DNA of 64,000 nucleotides, from positions 11,575,009 through 11,639,008 of the forward strand of contig MU058781.1 in the NCBI GenBank assembly GCA_013265495.1, read 5' to 3'. The DNA comes from Vicugna vicugna. Its lineage: Eukaryota. The notes beneath the pieces were generated by a model. That model had not been told where the DNA came from. It saw nothing but the letters and a program-made list of their open reading frames with translations, and ran no database searches. A program made the position numbers and the translations under genes. Of the stretch, positions 49,480 to 63,407 are shown in pieces; positions within the stretch are counted from its first letter, which is position 1, and every line of letters begins with the position of its first letter.

Positions 49480-50272
49480 AGGCAACTGGTAAATAATGAA
49501 ACTGTCTGAGGCAGTGGTAAAAGTCAAACAGCAGGTGAACCAAAATCTTAAAAAGGAAAACCTAGGGAAAGAGATGACCATAGAGGGCTTTGAAAAGCTC
49601 TGACATATTCCTGGGAATTCAGAAGGCCAAATGCGTACAGGGCCATGTGCACGACCAGGGCTGTGCACGTGGTTAGAAAAGACCTGCAAAGGCCATAAAC
49701 TCTCACCTCTGGCTAAACTTGAGGCTCTGCAGAAGCAGGAAGTAAAGGGTAAGGCTAAGTTGTCGAGTGTCTAGCTGAGTGTTGAAGGTGTATCCTAGCT
49801 TACATACAGAGTCTCTTGACAAAGGCTAAGACTCATTGGCTCCAAGCAGCTAAAGAAATCTCTGTCCAACATTAGCTGACTGCTAAGTAACTAAGCAGGG
49901 ATTTCAGTGGCCACACAAAACAAAGAATATAGACTTTACAGAGCTAGTTCAGAAAAGTCACTAAACAACAAAAAATCCCTGAGGAGGTGGGGAGAATCTG
50001 ATTTCCAGAGTTCCCATATAATATTAATTAAATTGTCCAGTTTTCAACAACAAATTGAGACATGCAAAGAAATAAGAAAGTATGGCTCATACACACAAAA
50101 CAAAACAAAGCAAATCAATAGAATCTGTCCCTGAAGAAGCCCAGATGTCGGACTCACTAGGACAAAGACTTTAAATCATCTACTTAAAATGTGTTCAAAG
50201 AATTAAAGTAAACTAAATACGAGAAGACTGTCTCAACAGTGGAAACATCAACAAGAAGATAGAAATTACCTG
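49480..50272 (+). mobile_element. Old L1M 5'UTR/ORF1-start fragment
   Basis: AGAATCTGATTTCCAGAGTT...GAAGCCCAGATGTCGGACTCACTAGGACAAAGACTTTAAA resembles L1M4-type 5' ends. Confidence 0.6.
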
Positions 50273-50274
50273 AA

Positions 50275-50400
50275 GAACACAAAAGCACTAACTCAAAAAG
50301 ATTTATGTACCCCCATGTTCACTGCAGCAATATTTACAATAGCCAAGATACAGAAACAATCTTACTGCCCATTGACAGATGAATGGATAAAGAAGATGTG

Positions 50401-50436
<36 letters not shown>

Positions 50437-50903
50437 TGGACTACTGCTCAACCATAAAAAAGAACGAAATCTTGCCATTTGAAACAGCATAGATTAACCT
50501 AGAAGGTATTATGCTAAGTGAAATAAGTCAGAGAAAGACAGATACTCCATGATTTCACTTCCACGTGGAATCTAAAAAACAGATGAACAAATAAAACAAA
50601 GAAGAAACAGACTCATAGATACAGGGAACAAACTGGTGGTTGCCAGAGGGCAGGGGGTGGGGGGAATGAGCAAAATAGGTGGAGATAAGAGGCATGCACT
50701 ACCAGTTATAAAATACATGTTGGGGGCGTATAATGTACAGAACAGGGAATAGAGTCAATAATATTGTAATAATTTTAAATGGTGACGGATGGTAACTAGA
50801 CTTATCCTGGTGATCATCTCATGATGTATATAAACGTTGAATCACTATGTCATATACTTAAAACTAATATAACATTGTATCTCAATTATACTTCAATAAA
50901 AAT
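50275..50903 (+). mobile_element. L1 3' end containing (CA)n
   Basis: ATGTTCACTGCAGCA..GATGAATGGATAAAGAAGATGTG..TATACTTCAATAAAA. Confidence 0.88.
50404..50434. repeat. (CA)n microsatellite
   Basis: Uninterrupted run of about 15 CA units. Confidence 0.95.
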
Positions 50904-52558
50904 TAATTATACATATATTTTCTTCTAACAGAGAAATGTGATAGAACGATCAAAAAAGAGTTTCAAGTATAAAAAGACATTACATTGTAAGAAGGGAAAT
51001 TGTCCCACACTTGGGCTGAAGTAGCACTTTGTGGAGTGGTGGGAACAGCAGCGTCTTCTGGGATGTATCTAGCATTCCTAATAAAATGTGCCATCAGTTT
51101 TCTGACAGATTTTAATGGAACGTTGATTTACCCTACCTGCCTAATTTATAGCATTATACTGAGCTAAGATACTAATGATCTTAAACTAGAAATTCTTTTT
51201 TATAAGTCTAGTGTGTTAATGATCATCTAAATTACATAAATTACACTCCTTATAACTTTTAATATTTATAATAATTTTTTTTAGATATACAAGGGTTCAT
51301 AGTTTTCCAAAATTTACTGTGGGTTTCAAAAACTAGACAGTTAAAGATTCCTGGTGCAGATCCCATGTTGAGTGGAGGAAGCCTGCCCTGGGCCCTGTAG
51401 GACCTGAGAGAACATATGGAAGCTGGGGTCCCACAGCGTCTGGGTGTCTGCAGAGGGAAGACCTGGTGGCTCCACCCCTTTGCACGTACTAGCTTTGTGG
51501 GTTGTGACCCATTCATCTCCTGAATCGTTTCTTCTTAGCCTCAGAACTTCTTTCCCTTGGGGATAGCAACGAAAGTAAGGGTTTGAAATTCAGAACCTAT
51601 TATGTTCTGATTTTGGTCAAATGTTTTTGAAAATTCTTCTTAGCATGGTTTCTCTTTAATATGTTTCAGTGACCTCTGATTGTACAGAGGACAGAGAAAT
51701 AATCTGGAGAAAGAGTCGTTTCAAAGACTACATTCAAGAAAGGAGGGAAGGAAGGAGAAAGAAAAGGAAAGCATGAGGGAAGGGCAGACTATTTCCCATT
51801 TAGAAAGAAAATAATTTCAGATTGCATCTTTTTTTCTTTGTCTTTTTCTTAAAGTTTCTGTGGGAGGAGGATCTCCATAACACTCCTTGATTTGAAATTT
51901 CAGCCCTCCTGGAAATTCAGAAATGCAACTCTGGGTGCTGTTTGAATGCCACAGAGCAGAGATGGGCCCTGGATAAGCCCTTGTCACGCCTAAACTCTGA
52001 TTCTCTGGTTCCTGGTTCACCTTAGAAGAGCTTCAAACCTGCTTTGTCAGCCACCCAGGAAGACCTAGATGCATTGAGCTACTGGGATGAAGGAAATGAA
52101 GAATTATAGGTTGAAGAAATCACCATTCTCCTTTGTTTCTTTGCAGGCTCTTTCTCCCTTAATGTTTTGTTTTGAAGTGCAAATCACAAGTGAGAGGATC
52201 TGTGAAAAAAAAAGCCTGGAGTAAAAGAAAGGACAATGTAGCATGTCCTGTCTCCTGAATTAGGGCACAGTCCTGCCCAGGAGGGACTCCCATCTCCTAA
52301 CTCAGACTTTCCAATATTCCCCATCTGCCACCTTGACAGTGGCTTTTAAGCTTTTCTCTCTAAAGAAGTGGAGGAGCAATAGCTGCTTCCGTCCCTGAAA
52401 ACATGTGGCCCAAACACACTAGCAAGCTGGTGGAGAAAGAGGGTGACCCAGCTCTGCTCTGATTCTCCACAGTTCAGTCAGTAAGCAGCCTTGAACTTCA
52501 GTGGGGAAAAGGGGGCTACAGTTTCCTCTCTTCCCTCTAAAAAAAAAACTTGCCTAAT

Positions 52559-52671
52559 GAGAAGGAGAAGGAGAGAGAGAAAGAGGGAGGGGGAGAGGGA
52601 GGAAGATGAGAAGGGAAGAAAGAAAGAAAGAAAAGATGAAGGAGGAGGAGGAGGACAAGAAGAGGAAAAAG
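52559..52671. repeat. Polypurine (GA-rich) tract
   Basis: About 110 nt almost exclusively G/A. Confidence 0.9.
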
Positions 52672-55366
52672 TTGCTTTGATCATAAACGTGATACTTGAA
52701 GGTGCGATAACTCGCATCAGTGTGGGGTGAGCCTCACCTCCCCTCCTGGGCAGCTCTCTCTGTCTCTCAAATTATTTCACTTGGGAATTTGTAGTTATTA
52801 ATCAGTCTGCATATTCCAAAAAATGCTCCCCTTTAGGTGTGAGCTCAGGTTGCCCATGGAGAAACTCTGTTGTGACCAAGGGGTCTTTATTTTGAGGCAC
52901 TGGGCTTGCCTTTCGTACTCCCTCTGGTCCCTGCTCTCTGATTTCTTTCCGAGAGGTGTAAAAAACAACCTATGGTTTGTTTCATCTCTGCACACCTCTG
53001 TCAATCTCTCTTACTTACCTCTTCAAACTAAGACCATTTTTTTCTTTTCCTAGAACTATGTCAGGTGTGATAACAGGTTGAAAAGTGCCACCCATCCTCT
53101 CTGAGACCACAAATGGAGCTGAATCAGTGAACCTGGACTTATAAACAAGGGTGGAGACCAGAAAACGTGATGAGGCCAGGGGAGGAGAAATAAAGCAAGA
53201 AGACAAACTCATTGTAGTTTCGAGTGGGAGGTGAGCAGAAAGCAGCTCGCCCTTCAAAAAAAACAAGAATCAAAACCCAAAACTCTAACCTCATGGAGCA
53301 GAAGGTTTTGAAAGTCGTTTCTACTGCAGACTTTAAAGACCTTTCCCATTACCCTGAGGTACCCAAGAGCTATAAACCCAAACCCTTAAAGGTTCAGCAT
53401 CAGGGTACAGGGTGGAGGGGAAGATGTGGGGGAGGCAGGAGATGTGTCTCTGTATGGGAAGGGTCTCAATGGAGGTACCAATGAAGGCACATATGATCAG
53501 GTTGTGAAATGTTTCGGTTTTTGCCAGCTTTCTGGGTGTTCCATCAGTGAAAAAGCAAGCAAATTTGGAGAAAATGGGTCAGGGGCAAATGAAGGTAAGT
53601 GAGTGGACTTGGCAGAAGCCAAAAGCAGTGTAAACATCAACTTCCTATCTTCTAATATAATGGAAACCCATAGTGGTGACGGGGCAGGCCTTCCCTAATC
53701 ACCTGGAGGCGAAAGGCCCGCGGTGGTCAGGAGCAGGTTAGCAAGAGTTCAGGAGGGCAGAGCTCCTTTGACCTCAAGGAAAGCCCCCCACCCTGGGGTG
53801 CTCCAGCCCTCTCTGTGGAAGGAGTAGCCACTGGGAAAATATTAGAATGATGTGTGAGAGACTGTCTCATAAAATTTCATCCAAAGTTTTAACAAAGTAC
53901 AAAAAAGAGGCGGTGTTGAGAATTGCATGTGGGTGGGGTGGAGGGAGCAGGGAGGGGAAGGGGCAGGTCAACTCTCTGCACTCACTTCTCAACCTAGATG
54001 TGACCTAGGGTCATGAACTGCACATGCAACCAGCTGCCTGTTTGATCCACATGGTTCAGTTGTTATTTATAGAATCGTATAATGTCTCTGGTGTCAGTAT
54101 GGGTGCTGAGCTGACAACCAAATGTTCCTGGAATAGCACCTAGTAGTGTTTCTTTCACTGGATGGTCTCTAATAAAAGCTTTTTGCAAAAGTAACGAACT
54201 CTTACTGATGATCTGACAATAAAGAGATTATCTGATGATAATAATTCTGTTAAGTTCCTGTTTGGACCAGATAACACTGTGAGGGGACAAAGCTGGTAAT
54301 GCGCATTTAAAACCAAGGTTCTGTCTCTTTTCTTCCTTCTTCCCTCCTCTCCCACTATCCTTTCCTCCCTCTCAGGAAATGTGAGCCCTGCATTAATTCT
54401 TACACACCCCTAGGACTTCATGGTTTCCTTTATGATGATAATGCTAACACAGAGTGAAGGCATGTTTCTCCTAAGAAATTTAGGAATGACTATTGCTTGT
54501 TCTTCTGAATTTCTTATGAGATAAGAAAGGGAGTTCAGCATGACTGTCCTTAGTTAACTGATGGGGACAACAAATAAGGACAAAGAAACCAGGTGCATAG
54601 GCAGTAGGGTACATGAGACGTGTGGCAGAGTTGCCAAAGCAAGTCAAAATGCTTTCAAGGAGCAGGTGAGTCAAGACTGTGGAAGCCATGCCAGGGAGGT
54701 TTTTCAGGGATGGCTGAACTGCTCCAGAGAAATGAAAAGAAATATATTCATGTTAAAAAAAAAAAAGTGCAGGTATCTAGCAAGTAAAGGGGATGGGGTT
54801 GGGTGAGTAGGGTTTGCTGCATTGGGGATGATTTCTCAAATCTTTCATTTTCTGTGCTGAGCTCTGCAGTTTCATAGAGCACGGTGCAGGCGTACAGCTT
54901 GAAGCTGCAGAATCTAGGTCTTTTTTATTCGTTTTGAAGCCAATCTGTCCTGTTAGACTTGGAGACTCCCAGAGAGCAAAGGTCAAGCAAGACCCTGGCA
55001 TCTTCATTTCAGATACGATGGGAACCAGCGTTCCATAGACATTTTCTAAATGAATGAGCAATGGATTCCCCGAAGTTCTCTAATCATATTGAGATCGGAG
55101 ATTTTAGAAGGTTCCTATCACCATGGAAGTGTGGAAGGGCACCTGGGAGAGCGGCAGGTGGTCACTGGGTCATGTGGTGTTAGGATGGTTAGGAACACAG
55201 TTTTGGCTTCGAGTGAACTTTATCCCACTTTGCAATATGGGGTCAAAGCACAAAAATCACACAGGCTCTGATTTGGTTTTTATGTTTGGAAGGATTTGTG
55301 TTGCCTTCTAGGTACTGCAGACTCCATGCTCAGGTGAGAGAGGGACCAATAAATATTTTCTCATAT

Positions 55367-55497
55367 TGTTTGTTTTTTGATGGGGGAGGTCATTAGAGTT
55401 ATTTATTTATTTATTAATGAAGGTCCTGGGAATTGAACCCAGGACCCTGTACATGCTAATAAGCACACACTCCACCTCTGAGCTATATCCACCCCAC
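55367..55497 (-). mobile_element. vic-1-type SINE
   Basis: GGGGGAGGTCATTAGAG(TTAT)n...TTGAACCCAGGACC...GAGCTATATCC; flanked by a TTTCTCAT repeat (TSD-like). Confidence 0.85.
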
Positions 55498-56529
55498 CCT
55501 TTCTCATGTAAATTGATTAGCTAATCCATGAATTTTACAGTTAAATAGATGTCTTTACACAATGATACCTGTCAACTACTGGAGCAGACATCTTCAAGTT
55601 TTATTGACAAAGATAAGACTTCCACGAAAGGTGTTTGTGAAAGTCTTCCTCAGAGCTTGTTTAATAAGGAATTCCAAAGCGAGGTGTCAATAACCATGAT
55701 AAATGTTCCTCCACCACTTTGCCCCAGGCTTCTGCCCTTGTTCGTTTTCCTGGTTCCTCTCCTCTTTTTAACACACTAAATGAAAACTATATAAAAGACT
55801 CTTAGTAGAAACATTAAAAACTGATACAAAGGACATTTTATGGTAGGGAACATTCTGAAGATTTGGTGAGAAAGAAGTTCAGGCCTTCCTTCTTTCATTT
55901 TCTGGGTAAGTTTTTCACTGGTCCCTAACACACAGACTACTCAGCTGCCATAGTAATATTTAGTTCTGTTTTCTTTGTACTCACTGGGATAGATGGCATA
56001 TGTGAACGGAACTTGTGGTAAAAATAACCTCGCCACAAAAGGACTCCACCCCTGCTCACCTTCCGCTGGATCTGGTGGTAAATATGCAGTGAGTGGTAAA
56101 CGTGGAGCTTCCTGTAATCTGCAGTGTGTGTTGCCACACCGCTATCTCCAGTGGAATGAGCTAGAATGCAAAATGTATGCCTCTTTTGAAATGTGATGAA
56201 GCAACATCAGACTCAGAAAGAGAATGACCATGTTTTCTGTACTACTGTTGCACTCTTTTGCACAATATGTAAGAACAGAACGTGAGAAACCTACAAAAAG
56301 AGGGAAACAGAACAATTGAGGTTGTTGGCTAGGCAGGCTACGAGGAAAAGAGCAGAATATTAAGAACCCCACCTAGCCAGCATCCTCTAGTGGCTGTGAT
56401 GCCTGTCTCCAAGGCTCTACAGCTCTCCTCCGGTCCATTATTCTTTCCTGTCATCCATCCATCCATCCATCCACCCATCCAACATTTATTGGGTGCCCTG
56501 CCATTCTAGCTGCTGGGAATACAGTCTAT

Positions 56530-56945
56530 CAGTGACATGCCGGTAAAGGTTAAAGAACTAGTTCTTGAGTGGAGAGCTAATTTGCAGTGTTTGTTGATTT
56601 CATAGTGCAAATACTCTCAACCATGGTGGATTTCAAGCTACCAACATGGATGGCATCACGGGACTGACAGTTACGAAGCAATGAACAGTAGCACGCCACT
56701 ACTTAGTGTTTCCACCCTGCAAGTACAATAGATGTAAATAACCTCAAGTGCACAGATAACAGTTAAATGCGGCAATTAGGAAGTGATAAGTTTTGAGTAC
56801 TATTAAGTTTGTTGTCAATATAATTCGGCTGTACATTGATATAATTTAATTTTAAATAATGGTTTAACAATCAGCTCGCAACATTTTTGAAAATTTAACA
56901 GTTGGCTCTCGTGAGCAGGTACAAGTTGGCCCCAGCACACCACTG
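56530..56945. mobile_element. hAT MER63-type DNA transposon
   Basis: Degenerate TIRs CAGTGACATGCCGG ... CCAGCACACCACTG; interrupts an L2 remnant. Confidence 0.75.
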
Positions 56946-58867
56946 GACAGAGACAAATAACACAGGCTGTCTGCTTTATGAAAGTTTTTGTCTAGAAAGG
57001 AAGACGTATATGTATGTAAATAATTAGTAGCCCTATAGTTGATATGATAGCACAACAGGGGAAAGTGCTGGGTATAGAATTAGTGGGGAAGTACAGTGAG
57101 ACCTCCAGGATAAAATTACCTTGAGGAGAGGGTGGTGACTTGGACTCAACACAAGCGCCTAAGACTACACAGAGTAGGGCTGGTTTGAACTCAGCATGCG
57201 GTTCTTCCTTTTTTCAACATTTGCAATCTCTCCTGGTCTCTTTAGACCCAAATACCCCAGCACAACTGTTATCACGGGAGAGTGCTGAGTGGGCAATGGA
57301 AAACTCTAACTATGGAACCTCAGCAGGGCCGGTAAGTACTGGGGTGGACAGGGACCACTCAGTGCAACAGAGGAGTCACACCTGTTGCACTGTGCAGGGC
57401 CCCATCTTCAGCAATGACATCTCGTGGCAATAAAATGGACAGCATAAATTGGATTGGGTCATTTTCCAATTCCCACGATTCTTGGCATTGATAGCAAAAT
57501 TTATGCCCTTTGGAATGAGAAAGACCCTAAGATTTTTAGACAATTTGGTGGCTGGCCAGAACTCAAGGGGTTTCCTCCCTATGTGGCATATGTGACCTCG
57601 ATTAAATAGTAAAAAAGGAAAATTAAGAGTTGTGACCATTTACATGCTTGATTTGCAGAGCAGGATATAGGTGACACAATCTGTCATGTATGTGTGCATG
57701 TGCTTAGAGAAAAAGATGTTGGCCAAAATGTGAACACGTGATTCTCTCTGGATGATAAGTTTTGGAGGGAGGTTTACTTTTATATATTCTCTTGCATAAT
57801 AACGTCATCATTTTTGCCAAAAAATTAATCAGTAAATAATATCTGCCAATTGTTTAAAAAAAAAAGGCAGATTAAAGAAGGAAACTAAAAATATAACCAC
57901 AATCCCAACAGCTGGAAATAGCCACGGTTAGTATTCTGGTGTATGACCTTCTAGACCTTCTGCCATGTGTGATGTACTTCCTTTGTCCTCTCTTGCCAGC
58001 CTTAGGTTAGTCTATCTCCCTTTCTTGAGCACTGGGGGGATGGCAGTGAAGGGGTGGGAAGGGAAGCAAAACAGCTCACACAATTAACAAGTTAGGGTTT
58101 TTTTTTTTTCCTAACAGTAGACTCTTCATCTCAGCTCATGATTTTTAAAAAATATATCTCCTATTAGCCCCTTTTCATTCCCCACAACTATTTCAAAGCT
58201 TAAACCATTCTCTGTATCTTACTTCCTATTTCAGATAAAATACAGACCATCATATGTGACTCTTATTTCCTTCCCTTCCACCTTTAAGTCAGTGCCCATC
58301 CTTTCTTCCCTCTTGTGTCACATGAAAACCTGTCTTTTCCCCTGGTACCCCAAGGTTCATGCTGTTTCTTTCTTTTAAAAAAAATCACATTTTTTCCCCC
58401 TGGATTCACCAGTAACCATACCCATATTGAAAATGTTAGCAACATAAGGAAACACAAGGGAGAAAATGGAAATCACATGTAACTTAAACACTAAGAAACA
58501 ATCACTGCTATTATTGTAAATTCTTTGTGTTTTCCATGCATGATTGTGCATATCTCTACAATAAATATTTTTTTCACACAATGGGAATTAGTCCCCATGT
58601 GCTATTTCATAAATCTCCTTTTCCCTATTACAATAGATGATGAATTACTTTTACATGACTGCACATATTTTTCTGTAATTAGATTTTAAAATCATTTTTG
58701 AACATTAAAAATAACTTTTCCTCTTATTTTAAAGGCAGAGCATGCTCATCACAGAACAATTAAAAAATACAGCTAAAAAGGAAGAAAAACTTAATACCAA
58801 TAATCTGAGATGTAAACAGCTGACATCATTTTATATAAATGTATTTTATAAAAATGGTTTCAATCAT

Positions 58868-59016
58868 TACAAGGATATATTGTACAGCATAGGGAATATA
58901 GCCAATATTTTATAATAACTTTAAAGGGACTGTAATTATAAAAATATTAAATCATTATTTAATGATTTAAATAATGAAACTAATATATTGTAAATCAAAT
59001 CACTTCAATTAAAAAA
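58868..59016 (+). mobile_element. L1 3' terminal stub
   Basis: TACAGCATAGGGAATATAGCCAATATTTTATAATAAC...TGTAAATCAA..CTTCAATTAAAAAA. Confidence 0.8.
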
Positions 59017-59074
59017 CTTGCATATATAACTACAAGAAAAAAATAAGTTCTATCAGGCATCATTCTATATCATA

Positions 59075-59270
59075 TGTGGTATATGAATATTATCTCATTG
59101 AATTCTCATAACACATTGTGTAGTTGCTATTCTAATGATCATCTCCACTTTCTAGATGAGGACACCAAGGCCCAGAGAAGCTAAGCAATCTGTCCAAAGT
59201 TACAAAACAGTAAGTGGTAGAATTGGAATACTGACTGAGGCAGTCTGTCTCCAGAGGCTGAATTCTCAAC
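59075..59270 (-). mobile_element. MIR SINE
   Basis: TAGATGAGGACACCAAGGCCCAGAGAAGCTAAGCAATCTGTCCAAAGTTAC core. Confidence 0.7.
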
Positions 59271-59699
59271 TTATTTATAGAGCTCTCAGTTCATAGAGAA
59301 CACCTTTCATGACAAATATTACCACCTGTGTCATGCTTATTGAGATCTACCACACCCCAGGATCAGACAAATCCTGAGTTTTGCTTTCGCATGGTTATTT
59401 TAAGATTTTCTTTTTCAATTCATACTTGTGTGTGGAATTTCTTTGACGCTGTGGGTGAGTTCTCACTTCAGCTTTTCCAATTGGTTAGCCAATGATTCAA
59501 ATTTTATTTACTGAGTAACCTTTCTCCACTAATTTAAACCTTAAACTGATTTAAACAAGGCTTTACCTTTGTTTTTGCTTCTATCTCCTCTTACTTTTTT
59601 TGGAAAGTTGTGTTATTTAGTATCCACTAACCCTCCTGGGTCTTGAAAATATGAGCTAGCTTTGAGTTATCTGTACGTTTGCTTGGTTAATTGATTGAT

Positions 59700-60690
59700 A
59701 TACTTGTTCATTCAATGATATTCACAGGGAATGCAACAGTGAGTAAGATTTCTAAAAATCTCTTTTGAGGCTTAAAGTCTAGAGATGTGTATACACTTAA
59801 AAAAAACACACTTATGTTACACTTATAATGTGCCAGACACTGTTCTTGGTGATTTAGAAATATTGTCTTATTTAATCCTCATAGCAAGTCTATATAAGGT
59901 AGATACTCTTTTTAGCACCATTTTTCATATGATGAAATGAAGTATGCAGAGGTTAGGTAACTTGTCCAAAGTCTCCTAGATGGTAAGTGGGGAGTTGGGG
60001 GAAGTTAACGGGCAAGTCCCATTTAATGCAATAAGTGTTATTTATTATGGGGAAATACAGGGCTCTGTGAGGGCTCTTAGCAGGGGCACTCGATAGGGCC
60101 ATGACGGTCAGGAAAGACTTTTGGAGGGAGTGATGTCCAAATGATTCCTAAACAATGAGGAGTAGTCTGGACACAGACTCTGAGGGGACTGTGAGTGGGG
60201 AGCAGGGAAAAGGGTAGAAATATTTAAGCAGTAGTACAAAGTTCTAGAAAAGAGAGAAAAAGAGAATGTTATGCACTAGAAGTTGAAAGAAATGATATAT
60301 GGTTGGAACAGAGGGTGGGGTAGGGTGGGTGGAAGGTATGAAGTCCTAGATCTGGAAGGGTCGACAGAAGCCCATCATCTTGTGAGTCCCTTTAAGGAAT
60401 TTTAACTCGAGTCTAAATGTCAGAGGACACATAGAAAGTTTTAAGCAGGAGTGAGGCTACTCTAGTTGCTGGGTGGAAGATGGATAGATAAAGGTGGGAA
60501 GGGTGTGGACAGAGTGAACTGTTAGAGGGGCTCCCACAACAATCTAGGTGAGAAGTGATGTTGCCTTTAGAATAGTAGAAATGGGATGGAAAAACTATGG
60601 ATTCAAATGTTCCTTTGAAAGAGCTTGATTGGACAGGAGGTGAAAAGGAGAGTCAGTGATCATGAACTGGCTCTTGGCTTAAGCCTAGTA
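59700..60690 (-). mobile_element. L2 remnant interrupted by MIR (~59810-59992)
   Basis: GTCAGGAAAGACTT..GGAGTGATG; TTTAAGGAATTTTAACT; TTTTAAGCAGGAGTGA L2 motifs. Confidence 0.55.
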
Positions 60691-60944
60691 AATCTCCCAT
60701 GTTACCATCTATGGCTTTGGCTTTAGGCAATTTATTATGTGAATAACAAATAGACTAGACTGAATATATAGAGGAGAAAAGATAGCTTGCCTAGGGTCTA
60801 ATTATAACATTCCCATGACTTCCTCTTCCACCACTCACTAAACCCTCATTGAAGAAGGGCTGCAGGGTTTATAAATATGGCAAATGGTAAGTACATTATC
60901 TCTGCTGGTGGGACTAGGCACAATTTAAAAAATTTTTTGCAGCT

Positions 60945-62115
60945 TTACTATTTTTCATATACCACAAAATGTACCCATTTAAAGCATTTAGTTCAATGGT
61001 TTTTGCTATATTCAGAGTTGCACAACCATTACTGTAACCTAATTTTAGAACACATTTAATACCTCAAAAAGAAACCCTGTCCCTATTAGTGGTCACTTCC
61101 TATTTCAGTTTCCCAACCTCGCCTAGCAACCGTTTATGTACTTCCTGTAAAATTGGTAAGATTTGTCTATTCTGAACATTTCATCATATATTCTGAACAT
61201 AAATAACATCATATAATACAAAGTCTTTTATGGCTTGCTTCTTTCACTCAATATAGTGTCTTCAAGTTCCACTCTTACTAAAGCAGATAACAGTACTTCA
61301 CTCCTTTTAATGGTTGAATAACATTCCATTGTCTGAATAGACCACATTTAGTTTATACATTCATCAGTTTATAATAGACATTTGAGTTTTTCTACCTTTT
61401 GGCTATTAAGAATAATGCTACCATGAACCCTGATGTACACCTGTTTGTGTGGACATGTGTTTTCCAAAGCTGCAACACCACTCTATATTCCCCTCAGCAA
61501 TGTGTGAGAGTTTCAATGTCTCCACATCTTTAATACTTGCTATTGTCTGTCTTTTTCGCTTTATTAGTCCTAGTGGGCGGGACTCGGTATCTCATTGTAG
61601 TTTTGGTTTGTATTTCTCTAATGACAAACAATGTTGAGCAATTTTTCAAGTGCTTATTGGCCATTTGTATATCTTCTTTGGATTAGTGTCTATACAAACT
61701 CTTGGCCCACTTTAAAAATTGGGTTATTTATCTTTGTAAGTGTTCTTTATGCACTGTGGACATGAGCCCTTGTCAGATGTGTGATTTGCAAATATTTTCA
61801 CCCATTCTGTGGGCTGTATTTCCTTGATGATGTCCTTTGATACATAAAATTTTAAGTTTTGATGTAATTCAGTTTATTTATTTGTTTGTTACTTGTACTT
61901 TATAAGGAACCACTGCCTATCCCACAGTCATGAAGATTTGTTCCCATGCTTTCTGCTAGGAATTTTATCATTTTAGCTCCTATATTTAAGCTAAGATCCA
62001 TTTTGAGTTAGTTTTTGCATATGGTGTAAGGAAGAGGTCCAGATTCTTTCTTTTGCACATGAATATTCAGTTGTCCCAGCACCATCAACTGAAAAATTCC
62101 CCATTCAACTGTCTT
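60945..62115 (-). mobile_element. Old L1 (L1MB-like) ORF2-3'UTR
   Basis: Typical antisense L1 motifs (TTGGCCATTTGTATATCTTCTTTG; GATCCATTTTGAGTTA; TTGTCCCAGCACCAT). Confidence 0.85.
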
Positions 62116-63407
62116 GGCATGCATAATTTAAATTTTATTCTGAATACTTTTGGTTTTTTTCCCCCAAAATTACCAAGAGAAAGGCAGAAAAAAAAGAACA
62201 CCAAATCCATATTTTTTCCCCTTTTTTTCATGGAAGAAGCAGTAGATCATTAGAAACAGCATACGCACCAAATGTTTCAGTTGAGCTGGATTTTGCTGGG
62301 GATATTTTCTGACACCAGATCAAACCATCCCTTTAGCTTTTCCTCAGTGTTAAAATAGCCAGTCTCCTCTCAAGTCCTACTGTTTTCACAGAACTATTTT
62401 GTAAATTAGCTGTACAAGTGAAGCCCCTTAAAAATAGCTAATAATTTCCTTATGGTCTTTATGTGTCAGATACATAGGAGAAGTTAACTCTTATGCCAGG
62501 GCAGGGAATAAATGTAGTTTAGCTGCAAGAATTGTTTGATTATAATTTAAAAAATCATAAAAGGTTTATGAAGAAGCATATAATGTCTGGTATTATCCAT
62601 TTGCCCAGTGAAACTTTAAAATGCTTAAATCCTGCTGAGACTATTGCCGGGTGGTATTGTCAACTGTATCAGTCTTTTGTGAGAGAAAGTTGGCAACATG
62701 TAACACACAGTTAATGGTTTCACTCAGAAATATCTTTTGGAAAATAACTTATGGAAATATCCTAGGAGCAGGAAAAATACATACAAAGACGTGTTATTTA
62801 TAAGAGGCAAAAATGGAAAAATATCCTTATGTTCAAGAAGCAGAAGGTGGATAAATAAACTATGTTCTGCAGTGAAATAGAACCTTAAAACTCCAGTTAC
62901 TGTTGCGTGGTCTGGTAATATGCACAAATGCATATATTAAATAATGTTGAAATGAGCAAGACAGAATTTGCAATATACACCTTAACTGAAAATGGTCTAA
63001 GGATGGATGTATGTTGACAAAGCTTAAAATTAATATGGCATAATATTAATATCCATTAGATCTATTTGCACAGGAAAAAAAGGCTGCTTAAATGTAAAAC
63101 GGAAGTTAAACTCTTTCTAAAAGCCAAATAAACACTTTTATGTTTCTTCAGCACATCTTTTTCTTAGTTATTTCCCAATTCATTGATTCCTTATTTTAAT
63201 ATGTAGGGGGAAGAAAGAATAAACACTTGGAATGAAGAAAGCAAAGATTTCTCAGAATTTAGCTACTGACATGATCATTCCTGAGAAGTGTAACCAATGC
63301 CTTAATGAAGCATTATTTCTCTGATGCTTGATGAGTTACACTGAGAATGTGTCTGCATATAATTTGGAGTGATAAAGAGTGAACTTTCAGCTTTGGCTAC
63401 AGGGTGG

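Noticed and set aside
52491..52730. Charged E/R/K-rich ORF
   Set aside because: Translation of the polypurine low-complexity tract.
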